From assembly GCF_000143415.4 (NCBI RefSeq), contig NW_003314264.1, positions 3,233,710 through 3,297,709 on the forward strand: a stretch of 64,000 bases of DNA. The letters run 5' to 3'. This document shows positions 29,360 to 41,751 of the stretch, in pieces. The stretch is from Selaginella moellendorffii (lineage: Eukaryota; Plantae; Lycopodiophyta). A program made the translations under genes and the position numbers. Positions within the stretch are counted from its first letter, which is position 1; each line of letters starts with the position of its first letter. The notes below the pieces were generated by a model, which was given only the letters and a program-made list of their open reading frames with translations, ran no database searches and was not told where the DNA came from.

Positions 29360-29719
29360 GCGAGCGAATTGACTTGAATATAGAATGGAGAGCATACCGA
29401 TGAAAGACTTTGAGTCTTTGTAGATCTAGACTCGTTCTCTAGAGATCAGGAGGGAGGAGGTCTTTCTGTCCAGGAGAAATCGTAAATGCTTGTTGATTTT
29501 TTTCTCCTCCACTTTCCGTCATCTTCTCAATCAATTGTCACAGAGAATTCGAAAAGCCGTGTCTGGAAAAGGATGTAACGATGGCGTGAGCTTGCGCGTG
29601 AAAGAAAAAGCCATAACGCACCAGGATTGAGGCAACGGATGATCAGAAACTTTGGCAGGCTGCAGCATGACTATCTCGCTGCACCTGGCCCTCCTGCGTG
29701 ACTCAAACGATATTGTCAA

Positions 29720-30625
29720 GGCATTACTCCACACAAGAAAAACAAACCTGAGTAGGCCGAGGTGAAACAATACCGTCAGCATGATGATCCGTGCGCAGTC
29801 CCGGCGGAGAAGATGGATATCTGAATGCATGCGTACTCCTGATAGCCAGCAAAACATTTTTTCTGAGAGAAGTTTTTCATAGCTCAGTACCTTCGATCGG
29901 ATACGATAGCATAACTAGACCGAGGCGAAACAATACCGCCAGCATGGTGATCGACTAGTGCGCAGTCCCCGCGGAGAAGATGGATCTCTGAAGTAGATGG
30001 ATGCATGCGTACTTCTGTTAGCTAGCAAAACATTTGTTCTGAGTGTGAGTCAAGAATTTTTTCATAGCTCACTACCTCGTAAGTCTTGATGGAAGGACTC
30101 CACGCTCCTCGTTAGAGTTAACCACTGAAGAAACGTTGAAAAACAAGAAAAAACCTGAGCACGGCAAGCAAGCATAGAACTCTTTTCTCGACAGCCCGAA
30201 GAAACGAACAAAAAATACCTGTCAAGCGATCAAGCATGCTTCACTTACCTCGATCGGATATCGAGAGAATAGCATAACTAGTCCGAGAAACAATACCGTC
30301 AGCATGATGATCGACTACTGCGCACTCCGCGGAGAAGATGGAACTCTTAAGTAAATGGATCCTGCTAGCTCTGAAAACATTTATTCTGAGTGTGAGTCAA
30401 GAATCCTTTGATAGCTTAGTACCTCATTAAGTCTTTGATGGAATCAAAGCTCTTGCGAGGATTCATGGGCTCCCTGGAAAATCTTGTACGTAAAACCATT
30501 GTGAGCACGACAGACAAGCATAGAACGCTTTTCTAGCAACATGGACGCCTGGCCCCAGGAAAAACGAACAAGAAATACCAAGCAAAATGCCCCACAAAGA
30601 GAATGCTTCGCTTACCTCGATCGGC
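29720..30625. repeat. Three diverged tandem copies of a 170-360 bp unit upstream of REC8
   Basis: aacaataccg(t/c)cagcatg(a/g)tgatc...gcggagaagatgga...aaaacattt at about 29765, 29929 and 30288; shared tails ending cttacctcgatcgg. Confidence 0.8.
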
Positions 30626-30788
30626 CAGGAATGCGGTGAAGATCGGCAAACCTGGAAGCACGGCGAGCGATGATCCAGTGCCAAGCGGGCCTCCGGGCAA
30701 AATATTTTGGCCGCTCGCCAAATAAGCCCTCAAGAATGGCGGTAAAACCCTACTAGAGGTTTGCGCGGCCTACATTCTCGACTCCACG

Positions 30789-33495
30789 ATGTTCTACTCC
30801 CACCAATTGCTCTCCAAGAAAGGTCCCTTCGGGCAGATATGGTGAGAATGCGCGCGGATCGGCGCAAGCGTCTCATCGATCTCTTCTTCTCGCGTTTATT
30901 TGCAGGATCGCGGCGACGGTGCATCCAAAGATGAACAGGAAGAGGACCGATCAGATCGACATCGAAGAGAGCTGGTTTGTTGGATTCTTGGTTGGGAATT
31001 TCGATCGGATCGATTGAAATGTGCCGATCTCTCTCCACAGCATGCAGATCATCAATCCCGTCGTTCCTCTGGCTCTACGGCTGTCGGGAATCCTCATGGG
31101 TAAGGGATCTCGCGATGCATGTAGGAATTGCGTCTTCTAAGATCGATCTTTCTTGTAGGAGGCATCGTGAGGATCTACAACCACAAAGTCAAATTCTTGT
31201 ATGGTAAGGCCATGGTTTATTTTCTCTGCTTTCGTTCACATTCTTTCCTTGATCAAGACGATGTCACGGAGTTCATGGTGAGGAAGTTTTCTTGGTTTTG
31301 TTCTTCCTCTCTCGATCATCACTGTTCGTTGGCTCCAGTTTAAGATGAAAACCAAACAAGCTGCGCTGAAGACCGAGGACACTACCAGGCTTCCTCAAAG
31401 GAGAGCTCGCGCTAAGTACGTAAGATGTTGTTTATCTTAAGCTGGCTCCACGCGATCTGTGACTCCAGGTTCGAAGCGATCACGATTGATGGCACCGAAG
31501 AAACCTTCCAGGATTTCGAGCGCGCGATGCTGGAGCCGGAAACACCGGACCAGGACGATCCCGAGTTTTTCACGGTTCCTCCTCTGGTGGCGAGAACCAG
31601 ACCCAACCGATTTCAAGGTACGTGTCATCAACACGAGATCTAATGAGGTGAAGGAGGTTTGTAAGAACAGCTGACAACGAAGACATCACGCTGAATGAGG
31701 ATAGTGTTCGCTCCTTCGCCACTGTTTTAGATGACGATGTCGAGAGGTAGGCAAACATGGAGAGTGTCTAAAGCGCGCTACGTTTTTCTGTGTTTCAGGG
31801 AAGAAAGTGAGTACAGGTTCCAGCAGCCTGAGAACTTTATTGACGACATGATCACTATGGATGCCCCGCTTCAAGGTAGAGCTGGTTGAAAAATGCAAAG
31901 CTTACATAACGACTAAATGGTGTTCAAGTTCCAAATGGACTTGAACCGATATCTGAAGAACGGGATGGCGACAACGAAAACGGTGAAGACAAAGGACCAA
32001 AATCGGTAAGCATCTGCCTCTACTACTCATTTCTTTTGTTATGCATTACTTTTGTAGCCGGAGCCTCATAAGCCGCGAAAGAAAAGAAAGACGATCAAGC
32101 AGCAGAAGAAACTCGTCTACGACGTCGAGTTGACTGAGATTCCAGCTCAAGTTTTCCAGTCCTGGCTGCAGGACACTTCAAATATCATCTACAGAAGAAA
32201 TAGACGAAAGGTATGTGAACAGCGTTTTGCCTTCACTGACATTGCGATCAAACAGCTGTATACACAAGCATCGGCTGAAAGAGCAAAAGTGATGCTGAAC
32301 AATCCCTTAACTTTCTTAGGCTGCGGTACCATACCGAAGTCACTTTTACCAGCCTCAATCGTTGATCTGTGGTCCAAAGCGACCGTGGTGACTCCAAGGC
32401 AACAAAAGACTACTTCTGAGCAGCAGAAACAACAAGAACAGCAAACATCTGCCAAACAGCAGGACCAGCAAGTATCTGCTGATCAATCGGTAGCACTACA
32501 GTAGCACTTAGAAGCTGTTTCACTGATGTTTTGCTCGCAGCCTCCTCCGCCGTTGGAATTCGCGTTCGAAGAGCCCGAGCGTTTTGAGGCACCTTTTAAC
32601 TTTGACAATTACGGCTCCGTCGAGAAACTACGAGCACCCGTTCAAACTCCTGTTACAGGAAGCGAAGGAGGCAGCTTCTTTGATGTCCAAACCGGAGTGA
32701 CTCCAAATATTTCAGGTTCCCCGCTTATAAAAAACTCCTTGGCGCAACAACTAACATTTCTTTTGTGTGTGTTTTTCCAGTGAACAGCGTCATGAATTCT
32801 AAACGAAAAAGGAGCTCTCAATCCACCGACAAGCTCGTTCCCGACGTTGTGGGGGATTATCCGACCAGCTTGAGGTCTGAAAACTTGCATGCCTCGTATT
32901 GCACTAACTAAAGAGTTTTCTGAATGTTTTTCAAGGTCCAAGAGGTCGCGAGCGTCGGAACGCAAGAGTGACTCGCCTTTTGGTACTGATTTTTATACCA
33001 ACGACGTTTTCCCGGAAGAAAGAACTCCAGACATCACAGTTCTACCAAGCCAGTTTGGTAAGCTTGAAAGAAAACATTTCAACTGCTTAGAACTCTCGCG
33101 TGTCTCCGCCAGAAACAGAGCCGACTCAAGCCGCACAGGCCTATCAACGCGACTTAGACAAGCTCACAAGCATCATGCTCCAGTAAGCTGCTCCGAGTTT
33201 TTTCGATCATGATGATACCATGAGAAACATTTCAGGTACTTGCGGGAGCACTTCATCAGCTCTCCGGGGATCAAGGCGTTGTCCCTCGATAGCCTTACGG
33301 AAGGCATGAACGCCTCTCAGGGAGCAAAGATGTTCTTCCACATCTGCGGTGAGTCTCGATAGTGTTTTTTTTTTTTCTTACCAATGAGCTATGTTATGTT
33401 TCGTTCGTGCAGTCTTAGCTTCAAATAGCTATCTCAGTGTGCTACAAAAGGAAGCTTATGGCGACATCCTCGTTGGAAGAGGAAGCCTCTTTTGA
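30789..33495 (+). CDS. REC8: Meiotic alpha-kleisin cohesin REC8/SYN1-like, about 18 short exons
   Basis: MFYSHQLLSKKGPFGQIW|IAAT; PLALRLSGILM|GGIVRIY...KVKFLY|DDV; C-terminal winged helix AKMFFHIC|VLASNSYLSVLQKEAYGDILV. SHQLL and GGIV are typical of plant SYN1/REC8. Confidence 0.88.
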
Positions 33496-33611
33496 TTCAC
33501 CTGCGTGGAAGCAAGAACAACAAGAACGTTTTTTGGCCGCGTTCCGGACTTTTCAAAGGGTTGACGAGACTTTCGTAAGTAAAAATTCTTCTTTCCGCGA
33601 GCTACGCAGCA

Positions 33612-34679
33612 ATGGCGATGGAGTCCAACCGCAGCGTCAACAAATGGATGCGTAAGTTCTTCCCGAAAGCGAGCGAGCAGGATAGGGGCGAGCTGATCGA
33701 TCTCTGGCGGAGAATGGAGAGCGTGAGATTCCCCGATCCGGACGAGACCGCGCTGAGCGAGGAGGAGCTCCTGGAGCGCACGCCCAGGGCGGAGATCCGC
33801 GAGACGGACATGGGGAGGATCATTGGAAAGGGGAGCTACGCAGTGGTGCACAGAGTGGAGTGGAATGATAAATCCTACGCCATGAAGAGCTTCTCCAGCA
33901 AATCCGAGGCGCTGCGCGAGCTGGCCATCCAATCCAAGCTCTCCGGTCACCCGCACATTCTCCCTCCGCTCGCCTACGCCGAGATCCCCCGAGCCAGCGA
34001 CGCCCAGAGCGACAAATTCTCCATCCTCATGGAGCTCTGCGACGGTAGCATCGATCCCAGGGGCCGATCAATCGATACCCTCGCCGAATTCGCGGCCGCG
34101 GACGCGCTGGAGATCATGCTCCAGCTCGCGCGTGCGCTACTGTTCATCCACTCGCAGAGGATCATGCACCGCGATGTCAAGCCCGGAAATGTGCTCTATC
34201 GATCGAAGGACCCAGCCCAGGAGGGATTCGTGAGCGGCGGGACGATGATCAAGCTTGCAGATTTTGGGACCTCGCGATTCATCCGCGAGGGATCATACGT
34301 CCACACCGCCAAGAGGGGGACCAAATGCTACTGGGCGCCCGAGGTCGTACAGGATGGCCCAACGTGCCCGTACACGGACAGGGCTGACGTGTACAGCTTC
34401 GCTATGACATGCTATGCGATTGGCACGGGAAGAACGCCGCTGGAGCGCTACGCTAGGCTGAGCTCACGGGATTTCTACCGCAAAGTGTGCGGGTGGGGGT
34501 GGATTTTGCCCGGGAAGCGGCCAAAGGTGCCGCGATGGATGGATCCGGCGCTGGCGAGAGTGATGAAGCAGTGCTGGCATTCCACGCCCGAGGAGCGGCC
34601 GCCGATGGGGGTGGTGTGCTGGGCGCTCGAGTTCCTGGCGGCGCGGGCTAGCGGCGCCGCCCGCGCGGAGCTGAGGTGA
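33612..34679 (+). CDS. Intronless protein kinase (TKL/Raf-like)
   Basis: IGKGSYAVV, YAMK, HRDVKPGN, KLADFG, WAPE, ADVYSFAM, CWHSTPEERP. Confidence 0.88.
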   Translation: MAMESNRSVNKWMRKFFPKASEQDRGELIDLWRRMESVRFPDPDETALSEEELLERTPRAEIRETDMGRIIGKGSYAVVHRVEWNDKSYAMKSFSSKSEALRELAIQSKLSGHPHILPPLAYAEIPRASDAQSDKFSILMELCDGSIDPRGRSIDTLAEFAAADALEIMLQLARALLFIHSQRIMHRDVKPGNVLYRSKDPAQEGFVSGGTMIKLADFGTSRFIREGSYVHTAKRGTKCYWAPEVVQDGPTCPYTDRADVYSFAMTCYAIGTGRTPLERYARLSSRDFYRKVCGWGWILPGKRPKVPRWMDPALARVMKQCWHSTPEERPPMGVVCWALEFLAARASGAARAELR

Positions 34680-35166
34680 GTGGAGAAGAGGAGTGGGAAT
34701 TGATGGATCACTGATGGCTTTGCCCTGTCGCAGCCCCGCATTGTACCCGATTGTCAACGATCGCCCGTGAACCTCTGCGAGGATTGTGCCAAAGTGCTCA
34801 AATGGGCCATGGAATGAGGGAGGAATCGATCGAATTCTAAGATTTTCTTTGTCTGGCAGATCTTTCTTGGCTGCTCCAAGCGTTTCATTCTTTGATTTGT
34901 TTGTCTGATCATGATCAAACTCACGGGTTGGCGGTACGATTGCGTGTTAAATTTCGTGGAGCTTGTCAATTCCGACCATGAAACAAGAATTTTGTCTCCA
35001 TTTTCGCGGAGGATTGCTGGGAAATTGACGAGATTCCGCCCATGTTGCACGATCCCGGTTCTTCCGACATAACGGCAGGAGAGATGCCGCGGATATTCTG
35101 TTTGAGGCCACTTCAAATCTGGGCTTACCAGCGCTTCTCTCTCCTGCTCTCGCCCATGGACGAGGA

Positions 35167-36768
35167 ATGACCACGGCGAGCTCCAAGAAGAAGGAAGCTA
35201 TGGCGGTGTGCGGCAGCCGCCGTGGGCTGCCATACACGTGGCAATGCATCTGGGCGTTGGCGGTGGCGGCGTCGATGATCGTCTACTCTCTCGCATTGTT
35301 CAATGGCCCTTCCTCTTCCTCCTCCACCTCCTGCGCGAGGGATCGCTCCAGCAGCAATCGCGAGCTCGCGGCGGCGAGGAGCAGCGGCGGCCATGGCGAT
35401 CACGAATCGCTGTGGGAGTGGCGCGGGGATTTGCGGCAGATGGAGGCGGCGTGGAACCGGCTGTGCTTCGGCCCCATCCAGGAACGCCTCCGGATCGCGC
35501 TCTTCGTCAAGAAGTGGCCAGTCGGGGGCGTCCCGGGTGGCCTGGAGCGCCACGCTCTCACGCTCCACCGCAATCTCGCCGCCAGGGGCCACGAGATCCA
35601 CGTCTACACCTCCGCCGCTGCTGGCTCCGACAATCCGGAAGAGCTCCTGGACGATCAACAGGATCACGGAGAACGGGGGCTCTTGCATGTCCACTTCTCC
35701 CGCCCCAACGCCGGCGGTGGATTCGACTATCACCGCGCCTGGGACCAATTCCTCGCCGACAACTCCACTCATCCGGGCGGATTCGACATCGTCCACTCGG
35801 AGAGCGTCGCGCTGCCGCACTGGAAGGCCCAGCTCCTGGGATCCAACCTCGCCGCCTCCTGGCACGGCATCGGCTACGAGATCATCCACTCGGACCTTGT
35901 CCAGGATCTGGTACGCAAGCCCGGCGAGCCGCGGAGCGCTGACCTCCAGCGATCGCTTGGCGAGCGCCTGACGCGCGTGGCGGACGAGATCAAGTTCTTC
36001 CCCAGCTACCGCCACCACGTCGCCACCAGCGACTACGTGGGCGACGTCCTCCAGACCATCTACGAGATTCCGCTCCGGAATGTCCACACCATCCTCAACG
36101 GCGTGGATGAGTCGCGGTTCCGCCCGAGCCTGGACGCAGGCTCGGCATTCCGCCGCAAGTACGGCGTGCCGGTCAACGCCAGTCTCGTCTTCGGCGCCGC
36201 CGGTCGCCTGGTCCGCGACAAGGGCCACCCGCTGCTCTTCGAGGCCTTCTCGCGGATAGCCGCGCGTCACCCCGGGGTGTTCTTGCTCGTCGCGGGCCAC
36301 GGCCCCTGGGGCGACCGCTACCGCGAGCTCGCGCCAAATGCCAAGACGCTCGGCCCCATGGATCCCGCCCACCTCGCCGACTTCTACAACGCGCTCGACG
36401 TCTTCGTCAATCCGACGCTGCGCTCGCAGGGGCTGGATCACACTCTCCTCGAGGCCATGCAGTGCGGTAAGCCGCTACTCGCGACGCACTTCTCGAGCAT
36501 CACTTGGAGTGTGGTGGTGAGTAGCGACTTTGGCCATACTTTCTCGCCCAACGTCGACTCGCTGGAGCAGGCTATGGAGGCCGTGATCGCGCAGGGCCGC
36601 GACACCATGCGACGTAAAGGAGAGCTCTGCCGCGATTATGCTTCGCTTATGTTCACGGCCACCAAGATGGGAGCTGCGTACGAGCGCCTCTTCCTGTGCA
36701 TGAAGAACGAGAGTTACTGCCAGTATCCGCTACCTGGAGACTGCCCGGTTGAGCCCAGCAAGTACTAG
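35167..36768 (+). CDS. GT4 family glycosyltransferase with N-terminal membrane anchor, single exon
   Basis: PGGLERHA, AGRLVRDKGH, FVNPTLRSQGLDHTLLEAMQCGKP. Confidence 0.92.
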   Translation: MTTASSKKKEAMAVCGSRRGLPYTWQCIWALAVAASMIVYSLALFNGPSSSSSTSCARDRSSSNRELAAARSSGGHGDHESLWEWRGDLRQMEAAWNRLCFGPIQERLRIALFVKKWPVGGVPGGLERHALTLHRNLAARGHEIHVYTSAAAGSDNPEELLDDQQDHGERGLLHVHFSRPNAGGGFDYHRAWDQFLADNSTHPGGFDIVHSESVALPHWKAQLLGSNLAASWHGIGYEIIHSDLVQDLVRKPGEPRSADLQRSLGERLTRVADEIKFFPSYRHHVATSDYVGDVLQTIYEIPLRNVHTILNGVDESRFRPSLDAGSAFRRKYGVPVNASLVFGAAGRLVRDKGHPLLFEAFSRIAARHPGVFLLVAGHGPWGDRYRELAPNAKTLGPMDPAHLADFYNALDVFVNPTLRSQGLDHTLLEAMQCGKPLLATHFSSITWSVVVSSDFGHTFSPNVDSLEQAMEAVIAQGRDTMRRKGELCRDYASLMFTATKMGAAYERLFLCMKNESYCQYPLPGDCPVEPSKY

Positions 36769-36983
36769 AACACGATGTCATGGAACTTTTTTATTCGTTC
36801 TTTGTTTTAGATCTCCAAGTTGTCCTCCACAAGCAAGCTTCCCTGTGATTTATTCCTTCCAGCCGAGCGTCATGGCAGCAGCAAAGATGTACAATACGTG
36901 ATTGATACACTTACAGAGCGGAGGAATCTTAGATCGTGTATAGAAACAACGACTTTTTTTTTTCTGTTTTTTTCGGGGGTTCA

Positions 36984-38710
36984 TCAGTAGTATGCTTTCC
37001 TGGGATTGTTCTGAATGAACACGACCGGGTTTGTGTCTCGAGATTCCACGAAAACAAATAGAGAAAGCTTACCAGTGGATTCGGACGGAACCTGTAACCC
37101 AGCATCATACGTTTCTTGTACTGCTCGTAGATGTCGTCCTCAGAGTTTACTTCGCCAGGTTGCTGGGCTCCCAATCCCAGATTGTTTAGCTTCACTTGTC
37201 CCGCTTGCACCGGATCGGCACGGCCACCTCTAGCACTTCCAAGTCCCTCACCTGAAGCATATAAAGCAGCTATTACAAACAAGGAGAAATTTTTTCGAAT
37301 GCATTACCTTCTTTCCATCCCATCTTGGACAGTAGACGATGGCCTACATTGTCTGCTTGAATCCTGGCTTTCTCGGTTGCTTCTAGTATGTTTTTCTGAG
37401 CACTGACGTCGTTACATTTCGCCATAAATCTTTCCAGCTCTTCCTGAGGAATGTAGTCTCCCATATGGTGACCCCTCTTTGTGGAGGCTGCATAGTGACT
37501 GTCAGCACGAATCTCAAGACCTTATCCTTACGTGTACTCGTCAGTGACAATGGTGGAGGCATTTCATCTTTGGTTTGCTTAGGAGCCTTTCGGAGGTCCT
37601 CCTGGGCTGCCTTTTTCATATAAAAGTCCATCATAGCCAAAGAGTCTGGCTCTGTTGATTGTTTGGCTGAAACAGTAGAGTCAGAACCCGGAATATTTAA
37701 ACACTTTGCATACCTGTGTCTTGCTCTTGCTCATGGCGTGCTTCTTCCCCGTTCTCGTATAGAGCCGAGGCAGGGGTTTGAAAGTTTGTACGTTGTGAGC
37801 TTCTCTGTGGAAACGATTGTTGCCGAGATGGTGTGGCTGAAAAACTTATCCCAACATAAACCAGCTAGCACCAGATGTGAGTAACATTTTACCATGTTGC
37901 AACACGATCGGAGTATGGGGCTTATTGAGGAAGGATTCCTCCTCAGCAAGCTTGTGCTCGTAATACTTGTAGTCCGAGCAATCAACATCGAACAGAAACC
38001 TGCCAAAGAAAAGAGATAAACGCTATTCATGCACCACCATAACAAAATAGAAAACAAGCGAAAGAAGCAAGCATTCCAAAAACACCACAATTCCCTCTCA
38101 ATGGCCTACCCAAAACGAGGATCCGTAGGGTTCTTCTGCCGTGTGATATCTTCAAATTCCCGACCACTTTTTGCGACAAAACTGGCAAGCTTCTCCGCTA
38201 CCTTTCTCACATCAGGATCAAGAGGAGGGGCCGGCAGAGCTGCAAGCATGACACAGGTTTCAATCAAACCACTTAACGAAACTGAACTGAATTACCTGAG
38301 TGCGAGGGAGCGTCAACAACATCAAATCTCTGCTTCTTCGCGGGTCTCTCCATCACCACCTTGGCAGCCGCAGGAGCAGTACTAGCGGCAGCAGCACTCT
38401 CCTCCTCATCATCATCGTTGTCACCCAGCTTCAATGGATTCACCGCAGGCCTAACTACCTTGGCCTTCAAACTGAACGCTAACTTCCCGTTTGACGCTGG
38501 CGTTACGGGAGCTGCCTTGGAACCTATGGAGCAATTCTTCTTGATCGTGATGCTCACGGGCTGAACTCCCGTGCTAGAACTGGTGCTGCTAGTGCTCGTG
38601 CTCGGCGGCTCACTCACAGCGCTAGTAGTAGCGGCCACAGCGGCAGCCCCTTGCATTTGCTTAAACCTCTCAAGAAAAGAGCCATCGTTGGGAAACGGCG
38701 GGGTGCTCAT
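36984..38710 (-). CDS. SURP and G-patch domain splicing factor (SUGP1/SF4-like)
   Basis: FPNDGSFLERFKQMQ; SURP VAEKLASFVAKSGREFEDITRQKNP...FLFDVDCSDYKYY; HHMGDYIPQEELERF; G-patch NVGHRLLSKMGWKEG; YKKRMMLGYRFRPNPL|NNPRKAYY. Confidence 0.92.
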
Positions 38711-39393
38711 CTTCCCTTCCCTGTTTGTTTCTCCCTCCTTTCTCACTTTCTCTCGACCTATTCCTCAAACCTGTGCCTGCGCTGCCAGATTTTTCTCACA
38801 TACTCTTCTTCTCCCTCGCTGCTCCAGAGGAAACCGGTACCGTGCTGATACCCTGCTCAATTCCCTGGTCAGCAATCTGGTTCTCAACATTCTCATAGCT
38901 CTAGCTAGCGATTCTTCCCAAAATCCCCCTCTCCAGGCCAGAATCACAGAGAAAAAAGCAATCCAGCCAGAAAATCCCACGCCACAGACAGATCGGGGGA
39001 GAGAGAGAGAGACACCCATACCTTTCTCCGCGACGACGGCCAGAGCCCTAACTTGGATAAAATGGTTTCTAGGGCAAGCAGTTTGGGCCACAAAAAATTA
39101 TAAAAAGGGGGTTTAAGGAGAATATTCGTTTCTAAAGGTGTGCCTCGTTTGTGGGACGGAAATCGTCCAAGGGGGCGGTCATGCGTTCCTTATTCTAGGG
39201 TTTGGGCGAAAGCAAAAGATCGGCTTATCGGCGTGGGCGGCGTTGCTCGGGGATCGATCGACCGCGACGGCGCCCGCGCTGTGCTAGGTCGGCCGCGGCG
39301 CTGCTGCGATTCCAATGAGGTAACAAAATCCGCGGCCTCCTCCTGTGTGGTGCCTTTTCTTTCCCCGATTTCGCGAGAATCGGAGCTCCGGCC

Positions 39394-41751
39394 ATGCTTA
39401 AGAGGGAGAGTGGTGTCTTGCTTGATGCAGCCGATAGGGCAAAGATAGGCGGCGGTGGTGGGCGGAGGGTGAGTCCTATGGAGAGGCGAGGGAGTGAGAG
39501 TAAGGCCGCCGCCGCCGCTCCTCTTGCTCCTCCTTCCCGCGTCAATGTGTTCGAGCGCCTCAAGGCTCTGGATAGGGAGAGAGAGAATCGAGAGGAGAGG
39601 GAGAGAGAGAGAGGGAGGCTCGAGAACGAGCAAGACCATGAACTTGTTACCCAGTATAAGGCAGCTCTTGGCGAGCTCACTTTCAATTCCAAGCCGATTA
39701 TTACTAACTTGACCATCATTGCTGGGGAAAACTTACATGCTGCTCGAGGCATAGCCAACGCGATCTGTTCTCACATCATGGAGGTATGTGGATTCCTCTC
39801 TTTCCTTTTTCTTTTCTTTCCTTTTCTTTGGTCCGTTTGGTTTCTAAAGTTTTGGTTTTCTTTCTTCTGTTTGGTTGTAGGTGGCCAAGGAGCAAAAGCT
39901 GCCTGCGTTGTATCTCCTGGATAGCATTGTGAAGAACATCGGACGTGACTACGTGCAGTACTTTGGCGAGCGCCTAGCGGAGGTATGCAAAGGATTTTGT
40001 TTAGTCGACGCTCTTTTTTGACAGTCCTGGGTGGACGGCAGGTCTTTTGCAAGTGCTACAGGCAAGTCGACCCGACGACTTACCCTGCAATGCAGCATCT
40101 CTTCAAGACTTGGCGTGGTGTTTTCGGGCAAGCTCCTTTGCGAGCAATAGAAGTTGAACTGCATTTTTCTACAATAAATGGACCTTCTTTAAGATCTGTA
40201 GAATCGGTACCTCCTCGTACTGGGCATGGGATTCATGTAAATCCCAAGTACATCCTCGAAGCTCAAAAACAGCTCCAACAATCTAACAAGGTATTGTAGT
40301 GACTTTTATCTGTTGTTCTATCTAATCTTCTTGTGCAGGAGGTTCCAAGAAATGGCGACACTGGATTCCAGAAGCGGTGGCCCGAGAAGAATAGCAAGGG
40401 CGGCTCCTTGCCTTCACACGCGACTTCCAAGACAACAACAGGTTTGTGGAAGACCTCTGACAGAGGGGATGGAGGCTCAAACGACGAAGTCCGGAAGGCT
40501 GCTGTTTCCTCGCGTTTAACAGGCCGTGGACAGAACAAAAACAAGCGCTCGCTGGCCGATACGGGTTTTTCCGATACACCAGGAACCGAAAGACACGTGC
40601 AGTCACCACGGAGGGAGGTTGACGGACGACACTTCAAGGCTAAGGTTCGCTGTTGGATGTTTTTCCTTAACTTTACTGTTTTCCCTTTTTCTATTCGTGC
40701 AACTAACTAGAATTTGCAGGACGTCCTTGATCCAGCACCGCCACCACCACCACCACCGCCACCTTTGGCTCAGCTGCAGCAGAATCCTCCACTCCCACCA
40801 CAGTTTTCAGCTCTTCGACCACCTAATAATCAGTTCCAACATCCTCCCATGATGCCCCACTCGCTGCTGCCTCCAGCGGGGCCTCCCCTTCATCCGTTTG
40901 GCATGCCCGCCTCGGAACCCTTACCAGTTTCTAATACTTCTAGCCTGTTGTCCGCACTGTTCAAGACCGGTTTTATTCCTCCTGAGCCAGAGTCCCAACT
41001 TCAGCCTGAGGCTCTACTACCGCCGCCGCCACCTCCACCTCCACTTCAATTTCCTCCTCCACTACCAATGTTTCCGGCTCCTGCACCACCGCTTGGGCCA
41101 TCCGGTTCTGGACCTGGACCTGTTGGAGGACTCGGGAATCTCTTGTCATCGCTCATCACACAAGGCCTAATATCGGCAAACAACACAGATGTTACAGGAC
41201 TGGGAGTGGAGTTCCGCCAGGAAATTCTCAGGGAGCGGCATGACATCGTGATCAACTTGCTCTACTCGGACTTCCCGAGGCAATGCAAGACGTGCGGGCT
41301 TAGATTTAAGGGACAGGACGAGCACAGCAGGCATATGGACTGGCATGTAACTCGGAACAGGAGGCAAAAGTCGCAGAAGAAGTCCTCGAGAAGGTGGTTT
41401 GTGGGACTCAAGGAGTGGATTGGCGGCGTCAGTGCTACCGAGTGTGAAGCTAGCACGCCGCCGTTGTTCGCCGAGGAGGCGGAGGTTCGCAAGGTGGAGG
41501 AGGACCAAAACTTCGCAGTCCCGGCAGACGAGAACCAGAGCTCGTGTGCTCTGTGCGGGGAGCCATTCGAGGACTTCTACAGCGACGAGACGGACGAGTG
41601 GATGTACAGGGGAGCAGTGTATATGAACGTTCCTCCGGGAACTTCGACCGAGGGGATGGATAGGACGCTTTTGGGACCGATCGTTCACGCCAAGTGTAGG
41701 ACGGAGAATGCTGCAGCAGCTGCCGCGGCTGCTGCTTCCTCCGGCCTTTGA
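39394..41751 (+). CDS. PCF11: PCF11-like polyadenylation factor (PCFS4-like; CID plus zinc fingers); start 39394 or 39478
   Basis: [54 protein letters not shown]; QCKTCGLRF...HMDWH; [12 protein letters not shown]...VHAKC. Confidence 0.92.

Noticed and set aside
29778-29845. ATGATGA...CTGA suggesting a C/D snoRNA cluster
   Set aside because: Boxes are not conserved among the three copies, spacing is short, and no recognisable rRNA guide is present.
35125-36441. 438-aa antisense ORF over GT4
   Set aside because: Antisense shadow of a GC-rich CDS; same for the shadows over HPPK-DHPS, ECA, BTB and NPC.
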